A DNA stretch of 42,550 nucleotides from a virus: the IMG/VR virus record IMGVR_UViG_3300045988_119148; one strand, written 5' to 3'. Made by a program: the position numbers and the translations under genes. The notes beneath the pieces were generated by a model that ran no database searches, was not told the origin of the DNA, and saw only the letters and a program-made list of their open reading frames with translations. Shown here one piece after another: positions 1 through 7,152 of this stretch (its first letter is position 1; the number at the start of each line of letters is the position of its first letter).

Positions 1-1
1 C

Positions 2-316
2 GTGTTGGCCGAATTGGCAAAGGATTCAGATAACGACGTGAGACGTAGCGCGGCAGGTAACCCGAATGCGGATGAGCCTATAAAGTATAAATTTATAGTT
101 ACCAAAACATACGTAGCAACAAACGGGACCAATCATATATGGTATAAACATAATTATCCCAATATAGAGCCGTTTTATACTTGTGGATGTTTTTGCGGTT
201 CCCGTAAGGCTTTAATATCTCGTTTTTATTCTACGGACTGTTGTATAGACCCATCTATACGGATGCGAATACTTTCTTTTTTAGATGAAAAGTTTAAGGA
301 TGTTTTTGGACGATAA
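2..316 (+). CDS. LRV (leucine-rich repeat variant)-repeat protein, C-terminal part. It continues from 42359..42550 across the circular junction.
   Basis: The frame is open from the window edge with no start codon. The first residues, VLAELAKDSDNDVRRSAAGNPN, continue the 24-aa unit VRSSAAGNPNTSAAVLAELAKDSD seen at 42403-42550. Codon phase matches once the 28-bp terminal overlap is merged. Cys-rich tail YTCGCFCG. Confidence 0.7.
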   Translation: MLAELAKDSDNDVRRSAAGNPNADEPIKYKFIVTKTYVATNGTNHIWYKHNYPNIEPFYTCGCFCGSRKALISRFYSTDCCIDPSIRMRILSFLDEKFKDVFGR

Positions 317-335
317 AATAAAAATAGTATCTTTG
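305..335 (+). promoter_or_regulatory. Bacteroidota-type promoter P1 (TTTG-N19-TATCTTTG)
   Basis: TTTG at 305-308 and TATCTTTG at 328-335, in the intergenic gap upstream of the replication initiator gene. Confidence 0.6.
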
Positions 336-391
336 CAAAAGAAAAGGCGTTATAAACCGTCCACATTATAGCGTTAAATGAAAAATATTAA

Positions 392-1426
392 ATGCGGGTG
401 AGTAGGAGTGGACGCCGAAAGCCCTGCATTTTTTTTTATTATATGGAATATAGCTTATTAATAGACCAAAATTTTGCATGTAGGAAAGATTTGACATTAA
501 CGGAAGCCGCATGTATGGCGGTTGTATTTACTTTCCCTCGTTGGTGCAATAGTTATTGTATTGATGGTATTACATATTACTGGTATTCGGAGAAAAAAGT
601 ATCAGAAGATTTCCCTTTAGTATTTGGATGTGCTAAACGCGTTCAGAAAAACCTAAAAGCCCTTGCGGATAAGGGGTATTTCATTCTTAGCAAGTTAGGA
701 AATAAAAAGGTTATTGCATTTACGGATAAATGCAGGCTCTATGGGAAATTAGAACCCGAAAACGGTCAGGATTTAGACCGAAAACGGTCTGAAGAACCCG
801 AAAACGGTCAGGATTTAGACCGAAAACGGTCTGAAGAACCCGAAAACGGTCTAAAAGTGGACCGAAAACGGTCTGAAGAACCCGAAAACGGTCTAAAAGT
901 GGACCGAAAACGGTCTGAAGAACCCGAAAACGGTCTAAAAGTGGACCGAAAACGGTCTAAAAGTGGACCGAAAACGGTCCGCGCCTTATATAGGAATACT
1001 ATTAGTAACAATGACTATAATAACAATAAATCAAATAACGCAAAAAATGGCTTTTTTGCTTTCGTTGGCGATATACCACAAAAAGAGGAAGGAGAAAAAA
1101 TACGCGGAACGTCGGAAAAGAATAAATGTCTTTTTGAAAAAAGCCGTTTCTTTGATTTTGAATTATTCCGCGAGTGTTTCAATACGCCTGAATTTGAGAA
1201 AGTCGATTTAGTGTATTATTACAACGTCGTAAAAGATTGGAGCGCGAGCAAAGGACGTATGCAAAAAGACTGGATAGCGCAAACACGAAACATTATCAGG
1301 GCTGATTATAGGCGAGGCCAGATAAAATATACTTCCGATTCAGGCGAGGAAAAAAGCGTGATACTTGGAAATAGCGGACTATCTTACGGCGATTTGTTAG
1401 GTGTGTTAAATGAAGATTTTGAATAA
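392..1426 (+). CDS. Putative replication initiator (N-terminal winged-helix-like domain, internal 14-aa tandem repeats)
   Basis: 344-aa ORF, with an alternative ATG at 443 (MEYSLLIDQ...). The N-terminal region (KRVQKNLKALADKGYFILSKLGNKKV) looks like a wHTH. There are 5 tandem EPENG(Q/L)(D/K)(L/V)DRKRSE units encoded by the iteron array. Function is inferred by analogy with lambda O-type initiators, whose origin lies inside the gene. Confidence 0.55.
   Translation: MRVSRSGRRKPCIFFYYMEYSLLIDQNFACRKDLTLTEAACMAVVFTFPRWCNSYCIDGITYYWYSEKKVSEDFPLVFGCAKRVQKNLKALADKGYFILSKLGNKKVIAFTDKCRLYGKLEPENGQDLDRKRSEEPENGQDLDRKRSEEPENGLKVDRKRSEEPENGLKVDRKRSEEPENGLKVDRKRSKSGPKTVRALYRNTISNNDYNNNKSNNAKNGFFAFVGDIPQKEEGEKIRGTSEKNKCLFEKSRFFDFELFRECFNTPEFEKVDLVYYYNVVKDWSASKGRMQKDWIAQTRNIIRADYRRGQIKYTSDSGEEKSVILGNSGLSYGDLLGVLNEDFE
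752..1060. promoter_or_regulatory. Putative origin of replication (iterons plus adjacent AT-rich stretch)
   Basis: The iteron array at 756-979 is followed directly by an AT-rich segment at 985-1060 (tataggaatactattagtaacaatgactataataacaataaatcaaataa). This matches the architecture of lambdoid ori regions embedded in the initiator gene. Confidence 0.55.
756..979. repeat. Iteron array: 11 copies of CCGAAAACGGTC, organised as about 5 tandem 42-bp units
   Basis: Copies start at 756, 778, 798, 820, 840, 862, 882, 904, 924, 946 and 968. Spacing alternates 22/20 bp, about two helical turns. The core ACCG-AAAA-CGGT is an interrupted inverted repeat. Confidence 0.9.
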
Positions 1427-1428
1427 GT

Positions 1429-2310
1429 ATGAAAGAGATAGAATTATATAAAGAGCATCAACCCTTAGCGATTATAAAGCGTCGCGAACTATTCAAAGAA
1501 ATAAAAAGGGAAGATTTGTCAGATATAGACTATCAGATATTTAAAGCGTCAACCAAAAGACAGATAAAAGGCACGCCGCAGGAAGTTTTAGTCGCTAATT
1601 TTTCGCGTATATTTAAGTTGATTGCTATTGATGTAGGGTATGTAATACCAAAAAGTGAAACAGATTGGCAATATATACAGTCGCGCATTTTATCCATGCT
1701 CGTGAAGTATTACTCATATCTTACACTATCTGACGTTATGACTGCGTTTGAACTTTTATCCGTTGGGGAGTTGAATGATTATCTGCCGCGAAACAGTTCC
1801 GGTAATGCGGATAGTGGACACTATCAACAATTTAACGCGAATTATTTCGGCAAAGTATTGAACGCATTTATAAAAAGACAAAATGTAACTTTTGAGAGGA
1901 TTTATAAGATTGCAAAACGAAAAGAAATTCCAATCATAGACCAAATTAAAGAAATTCAGATTACACGAAACAAGAATAGGGCTTATTTCTTGGAATATAA
2001 ATACACTGGTCGTCTAAGAATGTCATTAGTTGGCGAAAGACTTTGTTTTGATTGGTTGCATCGTTGCGGTTTTGCTGATGGCGTTAAGGTTACGGAAAAG
2101 GAAGAAATTTCTGCCTATCATGAATATATGCGGCGTGTTTCTATTGGTCTGATTAATAAATATACCGCGTTGAACATACAGAAGAAAGGCTTAAAGGCTG
2201 ATGATTTGACGGTGATAGCGCATAATATAGCCCGTTTGAAAGCTATAAAGAAGGCCTTCGATTATATGGTAAAGAATGAAATACAGATAGATAAATATAT
2301 AAACGTATGA
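1429..2310 (+). CDS. Hypothetical protein (replication module)
   Basis: 293-aa ORF tightly packed after the initiator gene, with an ATGA overlap to the next gene. No recognisable motif. Confidence 0.6.
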   Translation: MKEIELYKEHQPLAIIKRRELFKEIKREDLSDIDYQIFKASTKRQIKGTPQEVLVANFSRIFKLIAIDVGYVIPKSETDWQYIQSRILSMLVKYYSYLTLSDVMTAFELLSVGELNDYLPRNSSGNADSGHYQQFNANYFGKVLNAFIKRQNVTFERIYKIAKRKEIPIIDQIKEIQITRNKNRAYFLEYKYTGRLRMSLVGERLCFDWLHRCGFADGVKVTEKEEISAYHEYMRRVSIGLINKYTALNIQKKGLKADDLTVIAHNIARLKAIKKAFDYMVKNEIQIDKYINV

Positions 2311-2867
2311 AAGTGGATTGTATTATAGGGATAGACCCCGGAGCTAATGGTGGAATCGCGGTGTATCGTGTTTATGGGCAAAAGGTTGATGTTTTAAAGA
2401 TGCCTAAAGAGTTGTCAGATTTGACGGATTATTTGCGCTATATAAAGAGTATTTGCTGCCCTATTATATTTCTTGAAAAATTAAACGTTAGGCCGGACGA
2501 TGTCGTACAACAAACGGAAGATAGTTTGAATTTGGGAAAACTATATAGGATACAAAAGATGTTAGCACAATACGAGAAACTAAAAATATTAATAGAATTG
2601 TGCGGAATCCCTTTTGTTATGGTGCATCCGATAAAATGGCAAAGTGAATTAAAAATTAGAATCATTAAAAAAGGGTTTCATGAAGAAAAAGCAGACCGGA
2701 AACGGAGATATAAAGAAATAGCCTGTAGATTATATCCGAATATAACGCCTACTTTGTGGAATGCTGATGCCGTTTTGATTATGCACTTTGGCCGGTATAT
2801 GTTACAGAATAAATTAAATTGGGTTTTAGAAAATATTCCGGAAAAAGTGCAAAAGGAGTTATTTTAA
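2307..2867 (+). CDS. RuvC-like Holliday junction resolvase
   Basis: N-terminal IIGIDPGANGGIAVY matches the RuvC/RNase H-fold first catalytic Asp motif. There is a late acidic motif, WNADAVLI. Typical size (186 aa). Confidence 0.7.
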   Translation: MKVDCIIGIDPGANGGIAVYRVYGQKVDVLKMPKELSDLTDYLRYIKSICCPIIFLEKLNVRPDDVVQQTEDSLNLGKLYRIQKMLAQYEKLKILIELCGIPFVMVHPIKWQSELKIRIIKKGFHEEKADRKRRYKEIACRLYPNITPTLWNADAVLIMHFGRYMLQNKLNWVLENIPEKVQKELF

Positions 2868-2893
2868 TTACATCTTAATTTCTAAAAAAAAAG

Positions 2894-2945
2894 TTTGCGC
2901 ATTTAAAATACAAATTATATCTTTGCATTGTTGAAAGTTCAACAA
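2894..2945 (+). promoter_or_regulatory. Promoter P2 (TTTG-N20-TATCTTTG) followed by the 18-bp palindrome TTGTTGAAAGTTCAACAA
   Basis: TTTG at 2894-2897, TATCTTTG at 2918-2925, palindrome at 2928-2945 at the expected transcription start. The cassette 2881-2947 is near-identical to 39591-39657. Confidence 0.7.
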
Positions 2946-2986
2946 CCGTCTAAGCGGATTCTTAGTATTAAAACAAAAAAGAGAGT

Positions 2987-4432
2987 ATGATAATTAAAAG
3001 ATTAGAACTTGTAAATTTTCAAGTTATTAGCAAGTTTAACGCCGATTTTGAGGGTAATGTATATTTCATTACCGGGGACAATGAGTTAGGAAAATCCACG
3101 CTATTAAAGGCAATCGGGGCGTTGTTGACCGGGAACCGGGACGCCGTGTTGCGTAATGGCGAGGACAAAGGGTTTGCCAAAATGGTTGTCGGCGACGACG
3201 GCGAGGAATACGACGTTGAATTGCGGTTTACCAAAGCCAACCCCCGTGGTACGTTATCAATCAAACAGAAAACAACCGGGATGCGGTCGGATAACGTAAG
3301 TATGTTGCAAAAGGTTTTCGGATATACGGATTTTGACGCCGTGGAGTTTTCCCGGTGGTCTGAAACCGCCGAGGGTCGCCGAAAGCAAGTGCAATACGTC
3401 CGGGCATTGTTGCCGGAGAATGTGCAAAAACGTATTGCCGAGATTGACGCCGAGGTTATGACCGTTAAGGAGAAAAGAAAGGACGCCAACGCCGAGGTCA
3501 AGACGTACACGACCATTTGCGCCGCCGCCGAAAAGCAGTTGAAACCGGGCGACGTCAAAACGTATGCCGAGAAAATCGACATTGCCGATTTAATGGAGGA
3601 ACAAAACGAGAACGCCCGGTTGATTGAGAAAGCGAAAACCGTGCGTACCGCATTGCAAACCCGGACGGAACAATTGGAGGCAATCCCCGGTCGTATCAAA
3701 GCCGCCGAGGAAACCAAGAGTACAGAGATTGACGCCGCAATAAAGTATGAGGCGGAAGCCCAAGCCGAATATGACCGGATTGTTGCCGAGGCAAAAAAGG
3801 CATTGGAAGCGGCAAAGAAAAAGAGCAAAGCCGATGCGAAAGCCGCCGCCGACAAATACAACGAAACATTAGCGCAAATCCAAACGGATAAAGCCGATTA
3901 CGAAACCCGCAAGAACAACGCCGCCGCATGGTTGGCAAAGTACGAGGAAAAAAACCCGGAGAATTTGGATACAGCCGAACGCCTCAAACAAGCCGAGGAA
4001 CACAACAAAATCAATGCGTTGGTTGTGGACTATCTGACGAAGAAAAAGCAAAAGGACGCCGCCGAAAAGGTCGCCCAAACCCACGAAAAAAAGTTGTCGG
4101 ATTTGCTCAAAGAGCGGGAAACCCTTATTGCGAAATCGGAATTGCCGATTGACGGGTTGACGTTCACGGACGACGGGTTGGAGTTAAACGGTGTGCCGTT
4201 TGTCGCCGGGAAAGTGTCGGATAGTCAGATAATGGAGGTTGCCGCAAAATTGATTATCGCAAGCAATCCGACCGTTAAGGTATTCCGCATTGCGAGGGGC
4301 GAAAGTTTGGGCGCAAAACGTCTGCAATCCCTTATCGAATTAGCCCGGAAAGAAGGGTATCAAGGATTTATAGAGGAAGTCAAGCGAGGACAGGACGATT
4401 TAATTATTGAGGAATACAGCGAAACCGAGTAA
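2987..4432 (+). CDS. SMC/Rad50/SbcC-like ATPase with a long coiled-coil insert
   Basis: N-terminal LELVNFQ...FITGDNELGKSTLLKAI is a Walker A in an SMC_N/RecF-like context. The central ~250 aa are Ala/Lys/Glu-rich coiled coil. 481 aa. Confidence 0.7.
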   Translation: MIIKRLELVNFQVISKFNADFEGNVYFITGDNELGKSTLLKAIGALLTGNRDAVLRNGEDKGFAKMVVGDDGEEYDVELRFTKANPRGTLSIKQKTTGMRSDNVSMLQKVFGYTDFDAVEFSRWSETAEGRRKQVQYVRALLPENVQKRIAEIDAEVMTVKEKRKDANAEVKTYTTICAAAEKQLKPGDVKTYAEKIDIADLMEEQNENARLIEKAKTVRTALQTRTEQLEAIPGRIKAAEETKSTEIDAAIKYEAEAQAEYDRIVAEAKKALEAAKKKSKADAKAAADKYNETLAQIQTDKADYETRKNNAAAWLAKYEEKNPENLDTAERLKQAEEHNKINALVVDYLTKKKQKDAAEKVAQTHEKKLSDLLKERETLIAKSELPIDGLTFTDDGLELNGVPFVAGKVSDSQIMEVAAKLIIASNPTVKVFRIARGESLGAKRLQSLIELARKEGYQGFIEEVKRGQDDLIIEEYSETE

Positions 4433-4436
4433 TTAA

Positions 4437-4456
4437 CCGGGGCGTCGGTTCCCCGG
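4437..4456 (+). terminator. GC hairpin after the ATPase gene (CCGGGG-N8-CCCCGG), no U-tract
   Basis: 6-bp GC stem 5 nt after the stop codon. With no T-run, its role as a terminator is uncertain. Confidence 0.3.
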
Positions 4457-4476
4457 CGTCCCTTAAACAAAACAAT

Positions 4477-4833
4477 ATGGAAGTTAAAGAAATGACAATT
4501 GCGGACGTGTTGAAAATGCCGTTGTTTTTTGAGAACGTGAAACGCCAATTAACGAGCCTTTGGAACGACCGGGAGAAAGCCCGTAAGGATGCGACCCGGA
4601 ATAATACGAGGTTGCGGGCGCACGTTATCGACCGTATGCACAATACCGGGCATTGGGAACCGGGAAATTTCGTTATTCTTTTCGCAAAAGTTTTGGATAA
4701 GGTCGCAACCGGGTATTCGTCGAACGAACGGGCGTTTATCCGTGCGGTTGGAATGACAGCGTTTAATATCACAATGCAAAAGTTAATCGACGATGAGAAA
4801 GCGAGAAATAACGGCAACGGGGACGATAAATAA
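4477..4833 (+). CDS. Hypothetical protein
   Basis: 118-aa ORF in the GC-rich module. Its composition matches the neighbouring genes. Confidence 0.55.
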   Translation: MEVKEMTIADVLKMPLFFENVKRQLTSLWNDREKARKDATRNNTRLRAHVIDRMHNTGHWEPGNFVILFAKVLDKVATGYSSNERAFIRAVGMTAFNITMQKLIDDEKARNNGNGDDK

Positions 4834-4849
4834 TAACGGCGGGTTGGCA

Positions 4850-5224
4850 ATGTACATGGACGAATTAAACGAATTTTTCAAGGGTTGGAAAGGTTCCCGG
4901 ATAATTGCCCGGTTCATTGTTGCGTCGCCCGGTTCGTCCGAGGCTTTGAAAGGCTATTATTTCAACTATGTTGTACCCACGTTCCGACACGCCATTTGGG
5001 AGGCGGGCGAACGTCTTACGGAGGAACAAACGGAACGGAGGTTGCGGGAGTTTTCCCCAATTATGTACGTCGAGCGGGTCAACGAGGAAACCGGGAAATA
5101 TTCCCACGAATTGCGCACCGTGGCGGAATTGTCGAACGCCGAGTTAATCGAGCATATCGAATCGCTCAAACAGATTGCCGCCGAGGAATACAACACGTAT
5201 ATTGACGACCCCCGAACGTTGTAA
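4850..5224 (+). CDS. Hypothetical protein
   Basis: The ORF track frame is 4793..5224. ATG 4850 (MYMDELNEFF...) avoids overlap with the upstream gene. Confidence 0.55.
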   Translation: MYMDELNEFFKGWKGSRIIARFIVASPGSSEALKGYYFNYVVPTFRHAIWEAGERLTEEQTERRLREFSPIMYVERVNEETGKYSHELRTVAELSNAELIEHIESLKQIAAEEYNTYIDDPRTL

Positions 5225-5227
5225 GGT

Positions 5228-5419
5228 ATGTTTTGCAAGTGTAACGGAAAGCGTAAGAATTACCCGTTGGCGGGTTGGCGGATTATTCGCCACGAATACA
5301 CGCCAAAGCATTACAGCCGGATAAAGTGTTTGCGTTGCGGGTGCGTTTGGATTACACGGGCAAAATATGTTGAGCAAACGCCCAACGACGACGGGCAAAA
5401 ACGATTATTTAACGAATAA
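5228..5419 (+). CDS. Small zinc-finger-like protein
   Basis: 63 aa with CKCNG ... CLRCGC cysteine pairs. Tightly packed with its neighbours. Confidence 0.5.
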   Translation: MFCKCNGKRKNYPLAGWRIIRHEYTPKHYSRIKCLRCGCVWITRAKYVEQTPNDDGQKRLFNE

Positions 5420-5434
5420 AAAAGTAACGAGAGT

Positions 5435-6215
5435 ATGAAATTTGAATTAAAAGACATTTGTTTTTTTTGATTGCGAAACAACAGGATTACCCGCAAAGGG
5501 TTTGAAATGGGATGCGGATTTTAACCAATTCCCGCACATCGTACAATTGGCGTGGGCGTTCGGCGACAAAGAACGCAGTTTTATAATTAAGCCGGACAAT
5601 TACGAGATACCGCCGGAAACAGCCGCAATACACGGGATAACGACCGAACGGGCAATTGCCGAGGGCGTACCGTTTGCCGAGGTTATCGACGAATTTTTGG
5701 CGGATGCCGCCGCCGCACCGCTTGTATGTGCGCACAACATTTATTTCGATACGTCGATGTTGAAAGCGAACATTTTGCGTTATTGCGGCAAAGAGTATTA
5801 CGACGCCAAAGCCGAGGACGCATTGCACAAGGGAAAGCGCATTGATACAATGATGAAAACTATTAAATTTGTCGGCGCATTGTATCAGAATGGCAAACCG
5901 GGAAAATTCCCCAAATTGGAGGAATTATTTGCAAAGTTGTTTCCCGGCGAAACATTCCCGGCGCACGACGCATTACAGGACGTTAAGGCATTACGCCGAT
6001 GCGTCCCGGAATTGGTCGAATTGGGGATTATCGAGTTGAAGCAAAAGGAATACCCGGCGGAACAACTCAAAGCGAAATTTGAGCCGGAAAAGCCCGGAAA
6101 CGGGGGCATTGAGTTTTACGACCCGAACCCCGTAACGGAGCCAATCGGAACCGGGAACCCGTACCGGAACCAATCCCGGAGCCTCAACGCCCGGCGGTCG
6201 CGCGGAATAAGATGA
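5435..6215 (+). CDS. DnaQ-like DEDDh 3'-5' exonuclease, interrupted by a +1 frameshift in a T8 run (5461-5468)
   Basis: ATG 5435 gives MKFELKDICFF, then TGA at 5468. The +1 frame continues FFDCETTGLP (ExoI D-x-E), then AHNIYFD (ExoII) and HDALQD (ExoIII). The ExoI motif lies upstream of the only in-frame start in its own frame (TTG 5502). Confidence 0.75.
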
Positions 6216-6248
6216 CAAAGGATTTGTTGGACGAAAGCGAATTTTAAT

Positions 6249-7106
6249 ATGGTAGTATTAAGTTTATTTGATGGCATGAGTTGCGGACAAATAGCACTCA
6301 ATCAGTTGGGAATTAAAATTGAAAAGTATTTTGCGGCTGAAATTAAACCGCACGCAATTAAATGTACGCAATATAATTTCCCCCAAACAATACAAATTGG
6401 GGACGTTCGCAAAGTAAGTTATAAGGATGGCATATTGACGACCGCTAACGGTTTGTTTGAAGTTGGGAAGATTGATTTGTTAATTGGCGGTTCGCCGTGT
6501 CAAGATTTAAGCGTTTTAATGCGAAACCGTAAGGGGTTGAAAGGGGAAAAAAGTTCTTTATTTCATGAATGGTTAAGGATTAAAGAGGAAACGACGCCCC
6601 GTAATTTTATGTTAGAAAATGTAGCGTCAATGAGGGTTGAGGAAAAAAACACAATTGACGAATTATTGGGCGTAACGGGTATTCTTGTAAATTCAACATT
6701 GTTTTCAGCACAATTGCGCAAGCGTTATTATTGGACTAATTTAGATGTTGATTTGAATATTGAGGACAAAGGAGTTGAGTTACAAAGCATTTTAGAAAGT
6801 GGATATACCGACCGAAAAAAAAGCGTTTGTATAGTCCGTAATTATGCTGGAAGCGTTCAAAGTTCAAATAAAGAATCATTTATAAAAATGTGCCTTAATC
6901 GTTCAAAAAAAGGATTTCTTACGGTCGTTTTTGAGGAGAAAGGCAATCCAAATTCGGTGCGATTATTTACACAAACAGAATTAGAACGGTTGCAAACCGT
7001 ACCCGTTGGATATACAAGTTGCGTAACCTATCAAGAAGCGGCGGACTTAATCGGCGACGGTTGGAATGTTGAAACCGTAAAGCATATATTGAAAGGATTA
7101 TTATAA
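6249..7106 (+). CDS. DNA (cytosine-5) methyltransferase, orphan
   Basis: Motif I LFDGMSCG, motif IV GGSPCQDLS, motif VI MLENV, motif VIII QLRKR, motif X-like GDGWNVETV. Confidence 0.85.
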   Translation: MVVLSLFDGMSCGQIALNQLGIKIEKYFAAEIKPHAIKCTQYNFPQTIQIGDVRKVSYKDGILTTANGLFEVGKIDLLIGGSPCQDLSVLMRNRKGLKGEKSSLFHEWLRIKEETTPRNFMLENVASMRVEEKNTIDELLGVTGILVNSTLFSAQLRKRYYWTNLDVDLNIEDKGVELQSILESGYTDRKKSVCIVRNYAGSVQSSNKESFIKMCLNRSKKGFLTVVFEEKGNPNSVRLFTQTELERLQTVPVGYTSCVTYQEAADLIGDGWNVETVKHILKGLL

Positions 7107-7114
7107 AAAACCGA

Positions 7115-7132
7115 GCCGGGCGGGTTCCCGGC
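7115..7132 (+). terminator. GC hairpin after the methyltransferase gene (GCCGGG-N6-CCCGGC), no U-tract
   Basis: Perfect 6-bp stem 9 nt after the stop codon. No T-run follows. Confidence 0.3.
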
Positions 7133-7152
7133 AACAAATAAATTATCAAAAA

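Noticed and set aside
808-1211. ORFs 808..1011 (-) and 963..1211 (+) overlapping the initiator gene.
   Set aside because: They are artefacts of the 42-bp tandem iterons, which stay open in several frames. Their translations are just the repeat read out of frame.
2926-2947. GTTG...CAAC-flanked palindrome (cattGTTGAAAGTTCAACaacc) as a possible solitary CRISPR repeat or RNA anti-CRISPR.
   Set aside because: The palindrome is only about 20 nt, shorter than the CRISPR repeats I know of. There is no spacer-like periodicity. Both copies sit exactly at predicted transcription starts, which fits an operator or 5' hairpin better.
3019-3861. Long minus-strand ORF (280 aa). Similar antisense ORFs occur at 4404..4850, 7960..8364, 17190..17654, 17728..18183, 23971..24303 and 27274..27660.
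   Set aside because: Each lies entirely antisense to a + strand gene that has recognisable motifs or operon context. Their translations are low-complexity (Ser/Ala/Phe-rich), and none has a promoter or start context. Antisense ORFs of this kind are expected in GC-rich or coiled-coil coding DNA.
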